A stretch of DNA of 64,000 nucleotides. It comes from Enoplolaimus lenunculus. Taxonomy: Eukaryota. Position 1 is the first letter of the stretch. Every line of letters starts with the position of its first letter. A program made the translations under genes and the position numbers. Positions 49,101 through 57,629 of this stretch are shown piece after piece. The notes below the pieces were generated by a model, which searched no databases, was not told the DNA's origin, and was given only the letters and a program-made list of their open reading frames with translations. The DNA is taken from contig JASANG010002509.1 in NCBI GenBank assembly GCA_030248215.1, positions 310,001 through 374,000 on the forward strand. Direction: 5' to 3'.

Positions 49101-52052
49101 CGGTAAAAATTGACCGGAACCGGAAGGTGAAAAAATGCCGGAACCGGAATTCCGGTTGCACCCTGCCCCAAGCAATAAATCAGTGAAGGTTACGCAGATT
49201 ATAAAAATGGTACTAGGCGGCACTACCGGAATCGAAATCAGAACAGCAAAAGACTAAAATTAAAATTTCAAAAATTTGATTCCGATTCCGATTGGTTGTG
49301 CAACCGGAATCGGAATAGGAACTAGTTTCGAAACGGCAATTTTATATGCTAAAAACTTTAAAAAATAGTACCAACGTATGACTCATATTTCTCTGTGGGG
49401 AAAACCCTACCGTTTTCCGGAAAACCCCACTTTGATAACTTGACCTAGATTGAAAGGAAAGAGTCCCTTTGTTCACAGCGGGTTACCCCGACTATTTCAG
49501 ACATGACATTTTCGGGTGTGCTGGATTAGCTAGACATTTAAACAGTTTTTACGTTTCGATTGAGGATTCGCCGAAAAAGAAAAATCAAATGAAAATTAGT
49601 GCGATTAATATGAAACGCATCGCATGTAACTAAGTTGGTTTAAGCAATGCTGTTGTGCTCCAAGAATAAATGGATCATTAGGTCAGTTCTATAGTTAATT
49701 GGTGTAAAATAATCAGGGTGCTACCAGATACCAAAAAATGACGGAGCCGGATAATCTAACATCCGGCCGGAGCTGGATAAGGAACTAAAACCTAATGCTA
49801 GATTGCAGAGTTGCATCCGGGTCCGGGTATTCCGGGTATTTTCGCCGCAAAATTCCGAATCTGGGTGTTCGCTTCAAGAAATTAAAGTTCTGTGTCCAGG
49901 TTTTCACAACGAATCATTCCGGGTCCGGGTATGGCAAAATTACCCGGACATATAATACGTACTTGGGTTACGATTACGATTGCTTAATTAGGAATGGTTG
50001 GAATGGTTGGGATGCAGAGACATGACATGTCTCATTTTAAGTTCGACATTTACTTTTGTGAATGACATTAGTCGCTTCGCATTCCATATTGCGATTGCCC
50101 ATTAATATTTTACACACTGAGCTGCTATAATATAACTCGAGAGACACTTTCTTTCCTATGTTTAAATAATTAGAATCATGTTTAGGTTTTAAGTTATAAA
50201 TATTCCGGGCACGTGTTTGCCTGGAAAATAAATCCTAATCCTGTTCCGAATTTGCATTCTTAAAAATTCCAAATCCAGGTCCTGGGTTTTCTGCCACAAA
50301 AATCCCGTTATGGGATATTCTTCCAGGAAAATCCAGGTCCGGGTATTTATTTTTAAATGCTGTAACTCTACAACATTCCACTCAAATATCAAAACGTAGC
50401 TACGAATTCTTCCTTTCGTGGCGTAAGACATCTAAAGTTTACGTGACAAAGTTTAACACCGCACACCGATGCATTTTTAACACTTTAACAACGACCCTAT
50501 TCCAATATTCTGTTTTTGTAGCGTTGCGTTCAGTTGCAATACTTATATATCTGGCCCATGTTCCTTTTAAAGGCATCCATTTTTCCGCAGGTACAATGAT
50601 AGAGGTATAGCGCAATGAGTAAAGCTATTATTTATATTTAGGCTTAGACTTAGTTACAAACTTATTTTTACGCTGAAGTTTAGGCAAAGTGTTAGAAATA
50701 GGAATATGCTGAAATATCTAGTGTCATGGCCTTAAAATAACACTGGTCATCTCTATTGGCATAAAGGCAAATCGTTCTTTCATTTTGAAGGTTTTAAAAA
50801 CTACCGCCAAGCTAAAAAACAGGAGCAGGATATCGATTTTTTGTTGGAGCCGGATATCCGGTCGCTCCCTGGTTTGTACTGATGTCGATTAGAGAAGTCC
50901 CGGGGCCGGGCCAAAAAGTACACTGTTTGCCATATCACATCCCGCGATATTTTGCCTATGGTAATGTAAAAAAAATTAATGTGATGCGTTTGGATTCTGG
51001 CTAAATGGAGGTGGCACGGAACGGGACATTGTTTTTCTGATACCGCCCATGGTACCGTATGGATGGCCCCGGCACCGCCGATATATCGGCTCAACGCTAC
51101 ACAAAGAAACCATGCATAGGTGTGTAATTGTTACATTTCAAGCGGCTTGCAATAAAAAATGTTACAACTCCATTCGCTACGTGTAGAATGTAAAACGAAA
51201 AAATTCTGGTTACGAGATACTCTGATGACGTACCATATTGCCCAAAAGTTCTGTGATATGGTTTTCAGCCGTCTGCATTCGTTCCTCGCGATCATCTTCC
51301 GCCAATCCAACACTGTGCCATAAACACCTTAATTCAGCCAGACCTTCCGCTAATCTCCGGCATATACGTTCTTGGGCAATAGCAATTGAATCCCTAGAAC
51401 AATCACCTAGCCAGCGAGTAATTGCTTGCTTGAATTTTTCATCTCAGCCAAGATTTATTTTTTACTCTATTTATCACTTAGCAATGGTAGCACACACGCA
51501 ACGAATGAAAACCTTCTTATAACCATCTCCAGCTCCAATTAAAACAGACGATGCACACGAACTTAAAAGCCGATTATATGCGACCGTCAGTGCCAATGTT
51601 AATGAATTACATACTTGGTTATCAACTCTGTAAAAAGCTTATTCACTTTGATTGTGCTGTGCAATTTCATTTACTCATGCCTACGCGAAAGCATAAACTC
51701 CAGCCTAAGCCATCCATGTAATAATGTAAAAAATAATCCACTTGGGGGATTTCTGCCTTCTAATAAAACAACAGTAGTGTGTACTGAACAAAACAAGTAT
51801 ACACTTTTAGTAGTCCCGGTATACGTATACATTTAGTCCAAAATACGAGCAAAACATTACTACGTCCTTTGTTCAACTCAAACTAACTCAGCTAATAGCA
51901 ATTGCTTATCTCTTTTTCACCTCTTTGGTCCCAATTTGCAAACACCGAGACTCAAGAAAAGCCAGACCGAGACCAGCCAAATCCCGAGTTGCCGAGACCG
52001 AGATCGTCCCTGCTGCCAATACATATGTAAGCACCTACCTTCTGCTGCCCAT
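40018..52052 (-). CDS. PRC1: Protein regulator of cytokinesis 1 (PRC1 / MAP65-Ase1 family), 14 exons, about 583 aa
   Basis: Exons on - strand: 52052-52039, 51393-51234, 48538-48431, 48208-48090, 46877-46724, 46057-45884, 44625-44490, 44113-43977, 43436-43335, 42706-42557, 41735-41631, 41455-41234, 40997-40917, 40107-40018 (1752 nt, all GT-AG, phases consistent). Family motifs: LRCLWHSVG...ELLGNMIAEE, VPTLSEI, DRYNNRGGTLLEEER (MAP65/Ase1 signature), YGSVPASP, PPSNSKP, SIASVQPTYAEF. The first exon is the least certain. Confidence 0.92.
40917..40997 (-). CDS. PRC1: PRC1 exon 13
   Basis: VPPICVQPLSSPHGSIASVQPTYAEFV; donor GTACGT. Confidence 0.87.
41234..41455 (-). CDS. PRC1: PRC1 exon 12
   Basis: KNASRSRLQ...PPPSNSKPPPG...NNQLS; donor GTAAGA. 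Confidence 0.85.
41631..41735 (-). CDS. PRC1: PRC1 exon 11
   Basis: LRKKKEQAEIEQIYGSVPASPKMRGRTPVKTPLLK; donor GTATAT. Confidence 0.9.
42557..42706 (-). CDS. PRC1: PRC1 exon 10
   Basis: CESKLDELVERYRAEHNG...QKEQWETLKKQEREEK; donor GTAACA. Confidence 0.9.
43335..43436 (-). CDS. PRC1: PRC1 exon 9 (microtubule-binding signature)
   Basis: RKSSSSVPDRYNNRGGTLLEEERAKRTNIRNLNR; donor GTGAGT. Confidence 0.92.
43977..44113 (-). CDS. PRC1: PRC1 exon 8
   Basis: NFTPELLRQNETEVTQLENEFESRREILSCVNQWKAHFDVFKEFE; donor GTATGT. Confidence 0.9.
44490..44625 (-). CDS. PRC1: PRC1 exon 7
   Basis: LEERFQLFMFEMQEKIVQISMRLQELWELCCVPLSERERFPLISQ; donor GTTAAT. Confidence 0.87.
45884..46057 (-). CDS. PRC1: PRC1 exon 6
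   Basis: TSREKEFTAVRNK...EDSFETVLL...LTIELMEQLRTYDNE; donor GTCAGT. Confidence 0.87.
46724..46877 (-). CDS. PRC1: PRC1 exon 5
   Basis: TVLDRLGSG...FVPTLSEIDRLTNDVASKKAVL; donor GTATGT. Confidence 0.85.
47112..47931. mobile_element. About 820-bp non-autonomous TIR element with G/C-run subterminal repeats
   Basis: GTTGCCGCGTGCTGGCTTCTCCACAGC ... GCTGTGGAGAAGCCAGGCGTGGCGAC; AT-rich core. Confidence 0.72.
48090..48208 (-). CDS. PRC1: PRC1 exon 4
   Basis: ADSLSTLIEQEAFFAEHLTKLRDEKQRRRKLYWNSAKEH; donor GTAATG. Confidence 0.85.
48431..48538 (-). CDS. PRC1: PRC1 exon 3
   Basis: IAEESEMKNGILANISASKDEMRLLCASLQIDCVPE; donor GTATAT. Confidence 0.88.
48790..49165. mobile_element. hAT-like MITE, same family
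   Basis: CAGGGTGCAACCGGAATT...AATTCCGGTTGCACCCTG; flanking direct repeat CCCCAAG. Degenerate relatives near 23838, 42893, 43585, 44978-45334, 45508-45840, 49714 and 63768. Confidence 0.85.
51234..51393 (-). CDS. PRC1: PRC1 exon 2
   Basis: DSIAIAQERICRRLAEGLAELRCLWHSVGLAEDDREERMQTAENHITELLGNM; donor GTACGT. Confidence 0.88.
52039..52052 (-). CDS. PRC1: PRC1 candidate first coding exon (MGSR+AG)
   Basis: ATG GGC AGC AGA AG then donor GTAGGT; phase 2 fits the next exon. Confidence 0.55.
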
Positions 52053-52924
52053 TACCAAAACATGTAATAACGAATATCAACTACCAATCTGCAAGTCAAT
52101 ATGAGTCAATAAAACGTAACCAGGTGCACAAAAAGAACGTATATAACAATTGTTAGGAAAATAATGTCATGTAACCTTTGAAGATATGCAGCATAGAAAT
52201 ATATACGTACGTACGTAATTAAAATAAGCAAGTGAAAGTGGTATATCAACTTGAGCTATAATTTAAGTTACACAATGTATGAATGGGTAAATTTGTAGCT
52301 TTAAAACACTCTATAAAGCAACTAAGTTGACGTGAAGTGTCAATCTGACAGTAACACAGAACCACGTGTTGTTGCATGCTGCAGAGCTACGCTTCCTCAA
52401 AACAAAATTACTGTTTTCGATTTTAGTTATCCCTCAAACTAAAACTGAAACTTTTCTTACCACCCAGCCTCCATTGGAGATGCATTTTAACATGCTACTT
52501 GTACACAATACAGCTAAAAATTCAAATTTCAGGTCGCGCAACAAAGTAACTATAATGTGAACTTGTGAAAAAGGAATAAAATCCTTAAACTCAGCACAGT
52601 CATCTTTACAAAGCAATGCATGACGCGTGTTAAAACAAACGCTAGCTTTAAGCGTGCGAGCACAGTTTGAACGCGATCCCGAATTCCTACGTGCTTAGCT
52701 AATCAAACCATGGTACGAACGCGCACCGAAAGCCTAACCGAGTTCGCAATATATAATTATTATGACGCCTTTTAATCAAAAAGAAAGTGCACATATTTGG
52801 GATTCAAAGGTAAAAATTAAAGTCGACGTTTAAAGGCCCATGTAAGCAATAGATTATTCCTGAGTTGACAGACAAAATCTATAAAGTTTGTTTGGAAATG
52901 GGAAAAGTAGAAATTTTAAAAGCT

Positions 52925-53900
52925 TAACGGAAATTCTAGGCATTTTAGTTTTCCAACTTTCCTGTTTTCCAAAAATACATGTGCTTCACAATTTTCCTAC
53001 CAACCCAGGATTAATATAAGCGTTTAAATTTTCCCGGTTACCAATAAAACTATGCTTCAGATTTTTCCTACCGAAAAAGTGGAAATCTAGGAGTTAAATT
53101 TTCCACTTTTCCCGTTTCCAACCAAAACCTGTGCTTCAGATATTTCTTCCCAACTAAAGGGAAAATCTAGGCATTTTTGTTTTCCACTTTTTCCGCTTTC
53201 CAAACAAACTTGTGCATCAGATTGTCCCTACTATCCCACGGTAAATCGAAGAATTTAAATTTTCCGGTTTTCCAACCAATACCTAAGCATCAGATTTTTT
53301 CTACCAACCAAAAGAAAATCTAGGCATTAAAATTTTCCACATTTCCCGTTTTCGAACCAAAACCTATGCTTCAAATAATTCTTACCAACCAAGGGAAAAT
53401 CTAGGCATTTTAATTTTCCACTTTTCCCGTTTTCCAAACAAAACACGTGGTTCACATTTTCCATACCAAACCAGGGTAAATCTAAGCATTAAAATTTTCC
53501 ACTTTTCCCGTTTTATAACCAAAACCTAAGTTTCAAATAATTGTTACCAACCAAGGGAAAAGCTAGGCATTAAAATTTTCCACTTTTCCCGTTTTCCAAC
53601 CAAAACCTATGCCCTACGCTTGAATTTTCCACTTTTCCACTTTACTTGTTTTCCAACCAAAACCTATATACTTCAGATATCTCTTACCACCCAAGAAAAA
53701 TCTAAGCATTTTAATTTTCTACTTTTTCTATTTTCCAACCAAAACCTATGCCCTACGCTTGCATTTTCCACTTTTCCGCTTTTGCCGTTTTCCGACCCGA
53801 ACCATACACATTCCAATGTTCCAGCCAAACCAACCGCAGTGTTCTTTGCAACCAGACTTCAAAAAAACCCTATACGTTTAACTTTTCCAGTTTTCCAGGT
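52925..53900. repeat. Degenerate tandem repeat, unit about 79 bp
   Basis: Recurring AAAATCTAGGCATTAAAATTTTCCACTTTTCCCGTTTTCCAACCAAAACCTATGCTTCA...CCAACCAAGGG. Confidence 0.85.
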
Positions 53901-54686
53901 TTCTGAACCTCGCCTGTACCTCTAGCTTTTCCTTGAGAGTATCTACAGGCGTTTGAATTTTCCAGTTTTCCCAGCTTTTTAACTTTCCTACCGAAACGGT
54001 AAAAAATTTGCCCGTCATCACAGGAGTGGCTGCGCTGCACTCCTATGGTCATAAGTTTTCCACCGTGGAAAACTGGAAGCCCCTGTACTATACGTTGACT
54101 AAGACAAGTTACAAAATTTGAGTAAAATATATATCGAAATTCCAAACCACAACTCAAGGGCCAACGACAAGATTACAAATACCACTGATACATGATGAAT
54201 TTATTATGGTGAAATGCGACTGGGTATTTTGAATCCGCTCTTTCAATTTTATCGATGTCGCCAATAAAGAAGGATCCCATACACTTGATGCTTTATACGC
54301 AGATACGTATCGAGACGGCGAGTACGAAAGAAAACACCTAAAAATACGGTACAACTGGAGGTCTGCCTTCGGCTCCGGCAGAAAATCGGCCTCCGGCTCT
54401 GGCTCCGGTAGCATTTTGCAAAATTTATCTGGTTAGCGCGTTTCGTTTTACTTTTAGTCTCAATTTTTAGGAAATAATTTCCGAAATTTAGCAGAAAATT
54501 TGACTCTAGGCGGAGTCAAATTTTGACTCAGTTTGTGTAGTCAGGAAAAGCCTATTTAGGAAAGAGTCAATTTGACTCACCATTTTTGCAGTGTGTCAAA
54601 GGTTTTTGCAAAGTCAATGTATATAACATCAGCGAAGATATAATCAGCATTATCGCTGTACAATGCCAGATTATGTACCGAATGAA

Positions 54687-55635
54687 TTAACTGAGTCCAA
54701 GAGAGCCGCTTGGGCAAGAATCCATACTGGCTAGAAGTAAACAAAGTGTTTTGAATTGACTATGCTTTCTATAACCATGTTTTTGACCAGTGCATGCTGC
54801 AAAGTTACGGAAAGCATAGTCAAGGATCGCATGCAGAATTTCATGATTCAAAACACTTTGTTTACTTCTAGCTAGAATGGATTAACTGAGTCCAAGAGGA
54901 CCGCTTGGGCAAGAATCCATACTGGCTAGAAGTAAACAAAGTGTTTTGAATTGACTACACTGCAAAAAACTGTGAGTCAAATTGACTCCTTCCGAAATAG
55001 GCTCTACGGGACTACACAAATTGAGTCAAAATTTGACTCCACCAGAGTCAAATGTGCGACTCAGTGAGTTGAAGGTGACTCTGGTGGAGTCAAATTTTGA
55101 CTCAATTTGTGTAGTCCCGTAGAGCCTATTTCGGAAGGAGTCAATTTGACTCACCATTTTTTGCAGTGTATGCTTTCTATAACTATGTTTTTGACCAGTG
55201 CATGCTGCAAAGTTATGGAAAGCATAGTCAAGGATCGCATGCAAAAATTGATGATTCAAAACACTTTGTTTACTTCTAGCTAGTATGGATTAACTGAGTC
55301 CCAGAGGACCGATTGGGCAAGAATCCATACTGCCTAGAAGTAAACAAAGTGTTTTGAATTGACTATGCTTTCTATAACTATGTTTTTGACCAGTGCATGC
55401 TGCAAAGTTATGGAAAGCATAGTCAAGGATCGCATGCAGAATTTCATGATTCAAACACTTTGTTTACTTCTAGCTAGTATGGATTAACCGAGTCCAAGAG
55501 GACCGCTTGGGCAAGAATCCATACTGGCTAGAAGTATACAAATTCATTTGAATCATGAAATTCTGCATGCTATCCTTGGCTATGCTTTCCATAGCTATGC
55601 AGCATGCACTGGTCAGAAACATATAACGATAGAAA
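54687..55635. repeat. About 195-bp tandem repeat whose units carry internal inverted repeats; the last unit has an inverted core
   Basis: Units start ATTAACTGAGTCCAAGAG at about 54687, 54881, 55289 and 55483; arms AATCCATACTGGCTAGAAGTAAACAAAGTGTTTTGAAT / ATTCAAAACACTTTGTTTACTTCTAGCTAGTATGGATT. Confidence 0.9.
54958..55168. mobile_element. CACTG-terminated MITE (CACTA/EnSpm-like ends) with TA TSD
   Basis: Near-palindromic CACTGCAAAAAA..GTGAGTCAAATTGACTC / GAGTCAATTTGACTCACCATTTTTTGCAGTG; TA on both sides; empty site visible in the neighbouring tandem units. Confidence 0.9.
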
Positions 55636-55911
55636 CTAAGTTAGCTAATCCTTTCTTTTATAGACAGAAATTACGTCCGCTGTCAACCAATCAGCTGGCG
55701 TAAAGCAGACGTATCAAATGATAACCGAAAAGTTACGGTAAGATGGCAAGCTAACTTGGTGACAAAATGCTTCAGCATGCAACAATTAATATATATCATC
55801 CGGGGAATGGCTAGAATTAGGAGTTAATTTGCGCAAATACGAGTGAACAATATCTGGCGAAAACTCTACTCAATCGAAATAGCTATTTAAGTTCTAACCA
55901 AAAACAGTATA

Positions 55912-56055
55912 CACTGCAAAAAATGGTGAGACAAGTTGACTCTCTCCGAAATAGGTTTTTCCTGACTTCAGGCGGAGCCGAATTTTGACTCAGTTTGTGT
56001 AGTCAGGAAAATCCTATTTCGCAGAGAGTCAATTTGACTCACCATTTTTGCAGTG
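55912..56055. mobile_element. CACTG MITE, internally deleted copy
   Basis: Same TIRs, TA flanks. Confidence 0.85.
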
Positions 56056-56277
56056 TATTTAGGTTCATAATAAATCATAACATGTGAAAACAGAACAAAA
56101 GTAACTCATTAAACAAAGAACATTTTAAGTTAATTCTTCAAACACAACAACTTTATCACCATAATTTATAGGCATAATGTCACACCCACTATTTAACCTA
56201 GAATTTAGAACCTTATAAAAAGAGCCAGTCTGCTTTGTGTTCAACATATTCCATTCGGAATGATGGCTAAAATTATT

Positions 56278-56480
56278 GGCCAATGTAAAGAACAGGGCAG
56301 AACAGTATTATAGCCATATTCCTAAGCCTAAGCCTAAACCTAAGCATAAAAATGAGCATATTCTTAAGCCTTGGCCTAAGTCTAAGCCTAAGAAGCCATG
56401 CAAACAAATAGTCTAAAGCTTACGCTTACACTTTTCTAGTCCCACAGAATAACGTTCCGCCCCTAATCTTTACATGAGCC
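56278..56480. mobile_element. GGCC/TTAGGC MITE
   Basis: Same TIR; TSD AAATTATT. Confidence 0.82.
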
Positions 56481-56489
56481 AAATTATTT

Positions 56490-57077
56490 ATACCTTTAGC
56501 ATATTTAGCAGCTTGTTTCTTATACAGTAAATTTGATCCACGACGACTCGAACGCCATAGCACTTGTTTTAAGGTTCACAATTTTTCGAATATGTATCGG
56601 ATAAGTTTTAAAGCTGTTTGCCATGAATGTGGTATATAACTGAAATACATCTGGCACTTATATCATTCATGAACTTTTTAAAGTGGATTCATCCTAATGC
56701 TCAGCCTATGTCTACTATTTATTAAACACGTGAGCTTCAACGAGATTACAAAGACCTCGAAATAGAAATCCGGTCAACCTATACTATACATAATTCGTTT
56801 ACGGGACACAGTCTGCAATTTGTTGACATAAATTAAAGCCAAAGTTTACCATCTTGTGATTACTAGTAGAAAAAGGAACATCTACATCGACTGAATAAAT
56901 AGGCAGCATTTCGTTTTTAAGATCGAGATCTAAAATGTTATAAAATCCAATGGGAGTTTTTACCAGTTGAAACAAAGAATGTTTACTGAGAATTTCGTTT
57001 AGACAGTTATAAATATCACAGTATGGGAAACTATAATTTTTCCAGTCGAAGTCAAGCAAATTAAAGTCCCCAGTAAC
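56490..57077 (-). mobile_element. Degraded LINE (CR1/L2-like) APE endonuclease fragment
   Basis: VTGDFNLLDFDW...LFQLVKTP...NILDLDL...V.VPFSTSNH.MV.F matches the GDFN / ILDL / SDH pattern; stops follow; truncated at 57078 by a MITE. Confidence 0.75.
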
Positions 57078-57078
57078 G

Positions 57079-57354
57079 TCCTATTCGCACGTGCAAGTTT
57101 TTACTACGAGAATTTGCAGTTGCAAATTGCGCGCAGAACATGCATTTTTTCAACAGCCAATGAGAAAATGGATGTAATAAATTCATTGAACTTGCATGGT
57201 TATTCACACATGTGAACTAAATTCCTAGCTTTGATTTTTAATGAATTATTTGCAGCTGCAAGTTTTTCGAATCGGGATTTTGAACAAAACTTGCCAGTGC
57301 AAGTTGCAGCTGCAAGTTCTCGCAGCAAATACTTGCGCGTGTGAATAGGGCTTA
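57079..57354. mobile_element. Palindromic MITE (CCTATTCRCAC...GTGTGAATAGGG); second copy at about 9443-9712
   Basis: Two similar about 270-bp copies with inverted ends and TGCAGCTGCA cores; superfamily uncertain (Harbinger-like). Confidence 0.75.
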
Positions 57355-57498
57355 AGAATAATTGTCGTATTAGAATAGGACAAAAAGGCTGAGTTTTTTT
57401 GGGAAAATGTATTAAGTACCGAAAAAATAGGTAATAAAACTGACATTGTCCATTTTTCTAATAATCACAAAAGCGTTAAATAATAGTTTCTTCTTCAA

Positions 57499-57629
57499 TC
57501 AACTTGGAGTTTCCTGTGTTTCCTTCAATTTTGGTTTAGAATTCGGCTGTTGTATTAGCGATGCTGTTTCGCCGTCATTATGCGCTTCTCGACTATGAAA
57601 ATACCCATATGTGAAATATATAGCAAATC
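57499..57629 (-). CDS. CAT transporter exon 5 (terminal)
   Basis: FAIYFTYGYFHSRE...ETPS*. Confidence 0.88.

Noticed and set aside
51615..51627. 13-nt AG/GT-bounded microexon candidate in PRC1 intron 1
   Set aside because: Including it shifts the frame to an early stop with the proposed first exon, and there is no other support.
56799..57059. Active retrotransposon
   Set aside because: Only an endonuclease fragment remains, the catalytic SDH reads SNH, stops follow, and there is no RT domain.
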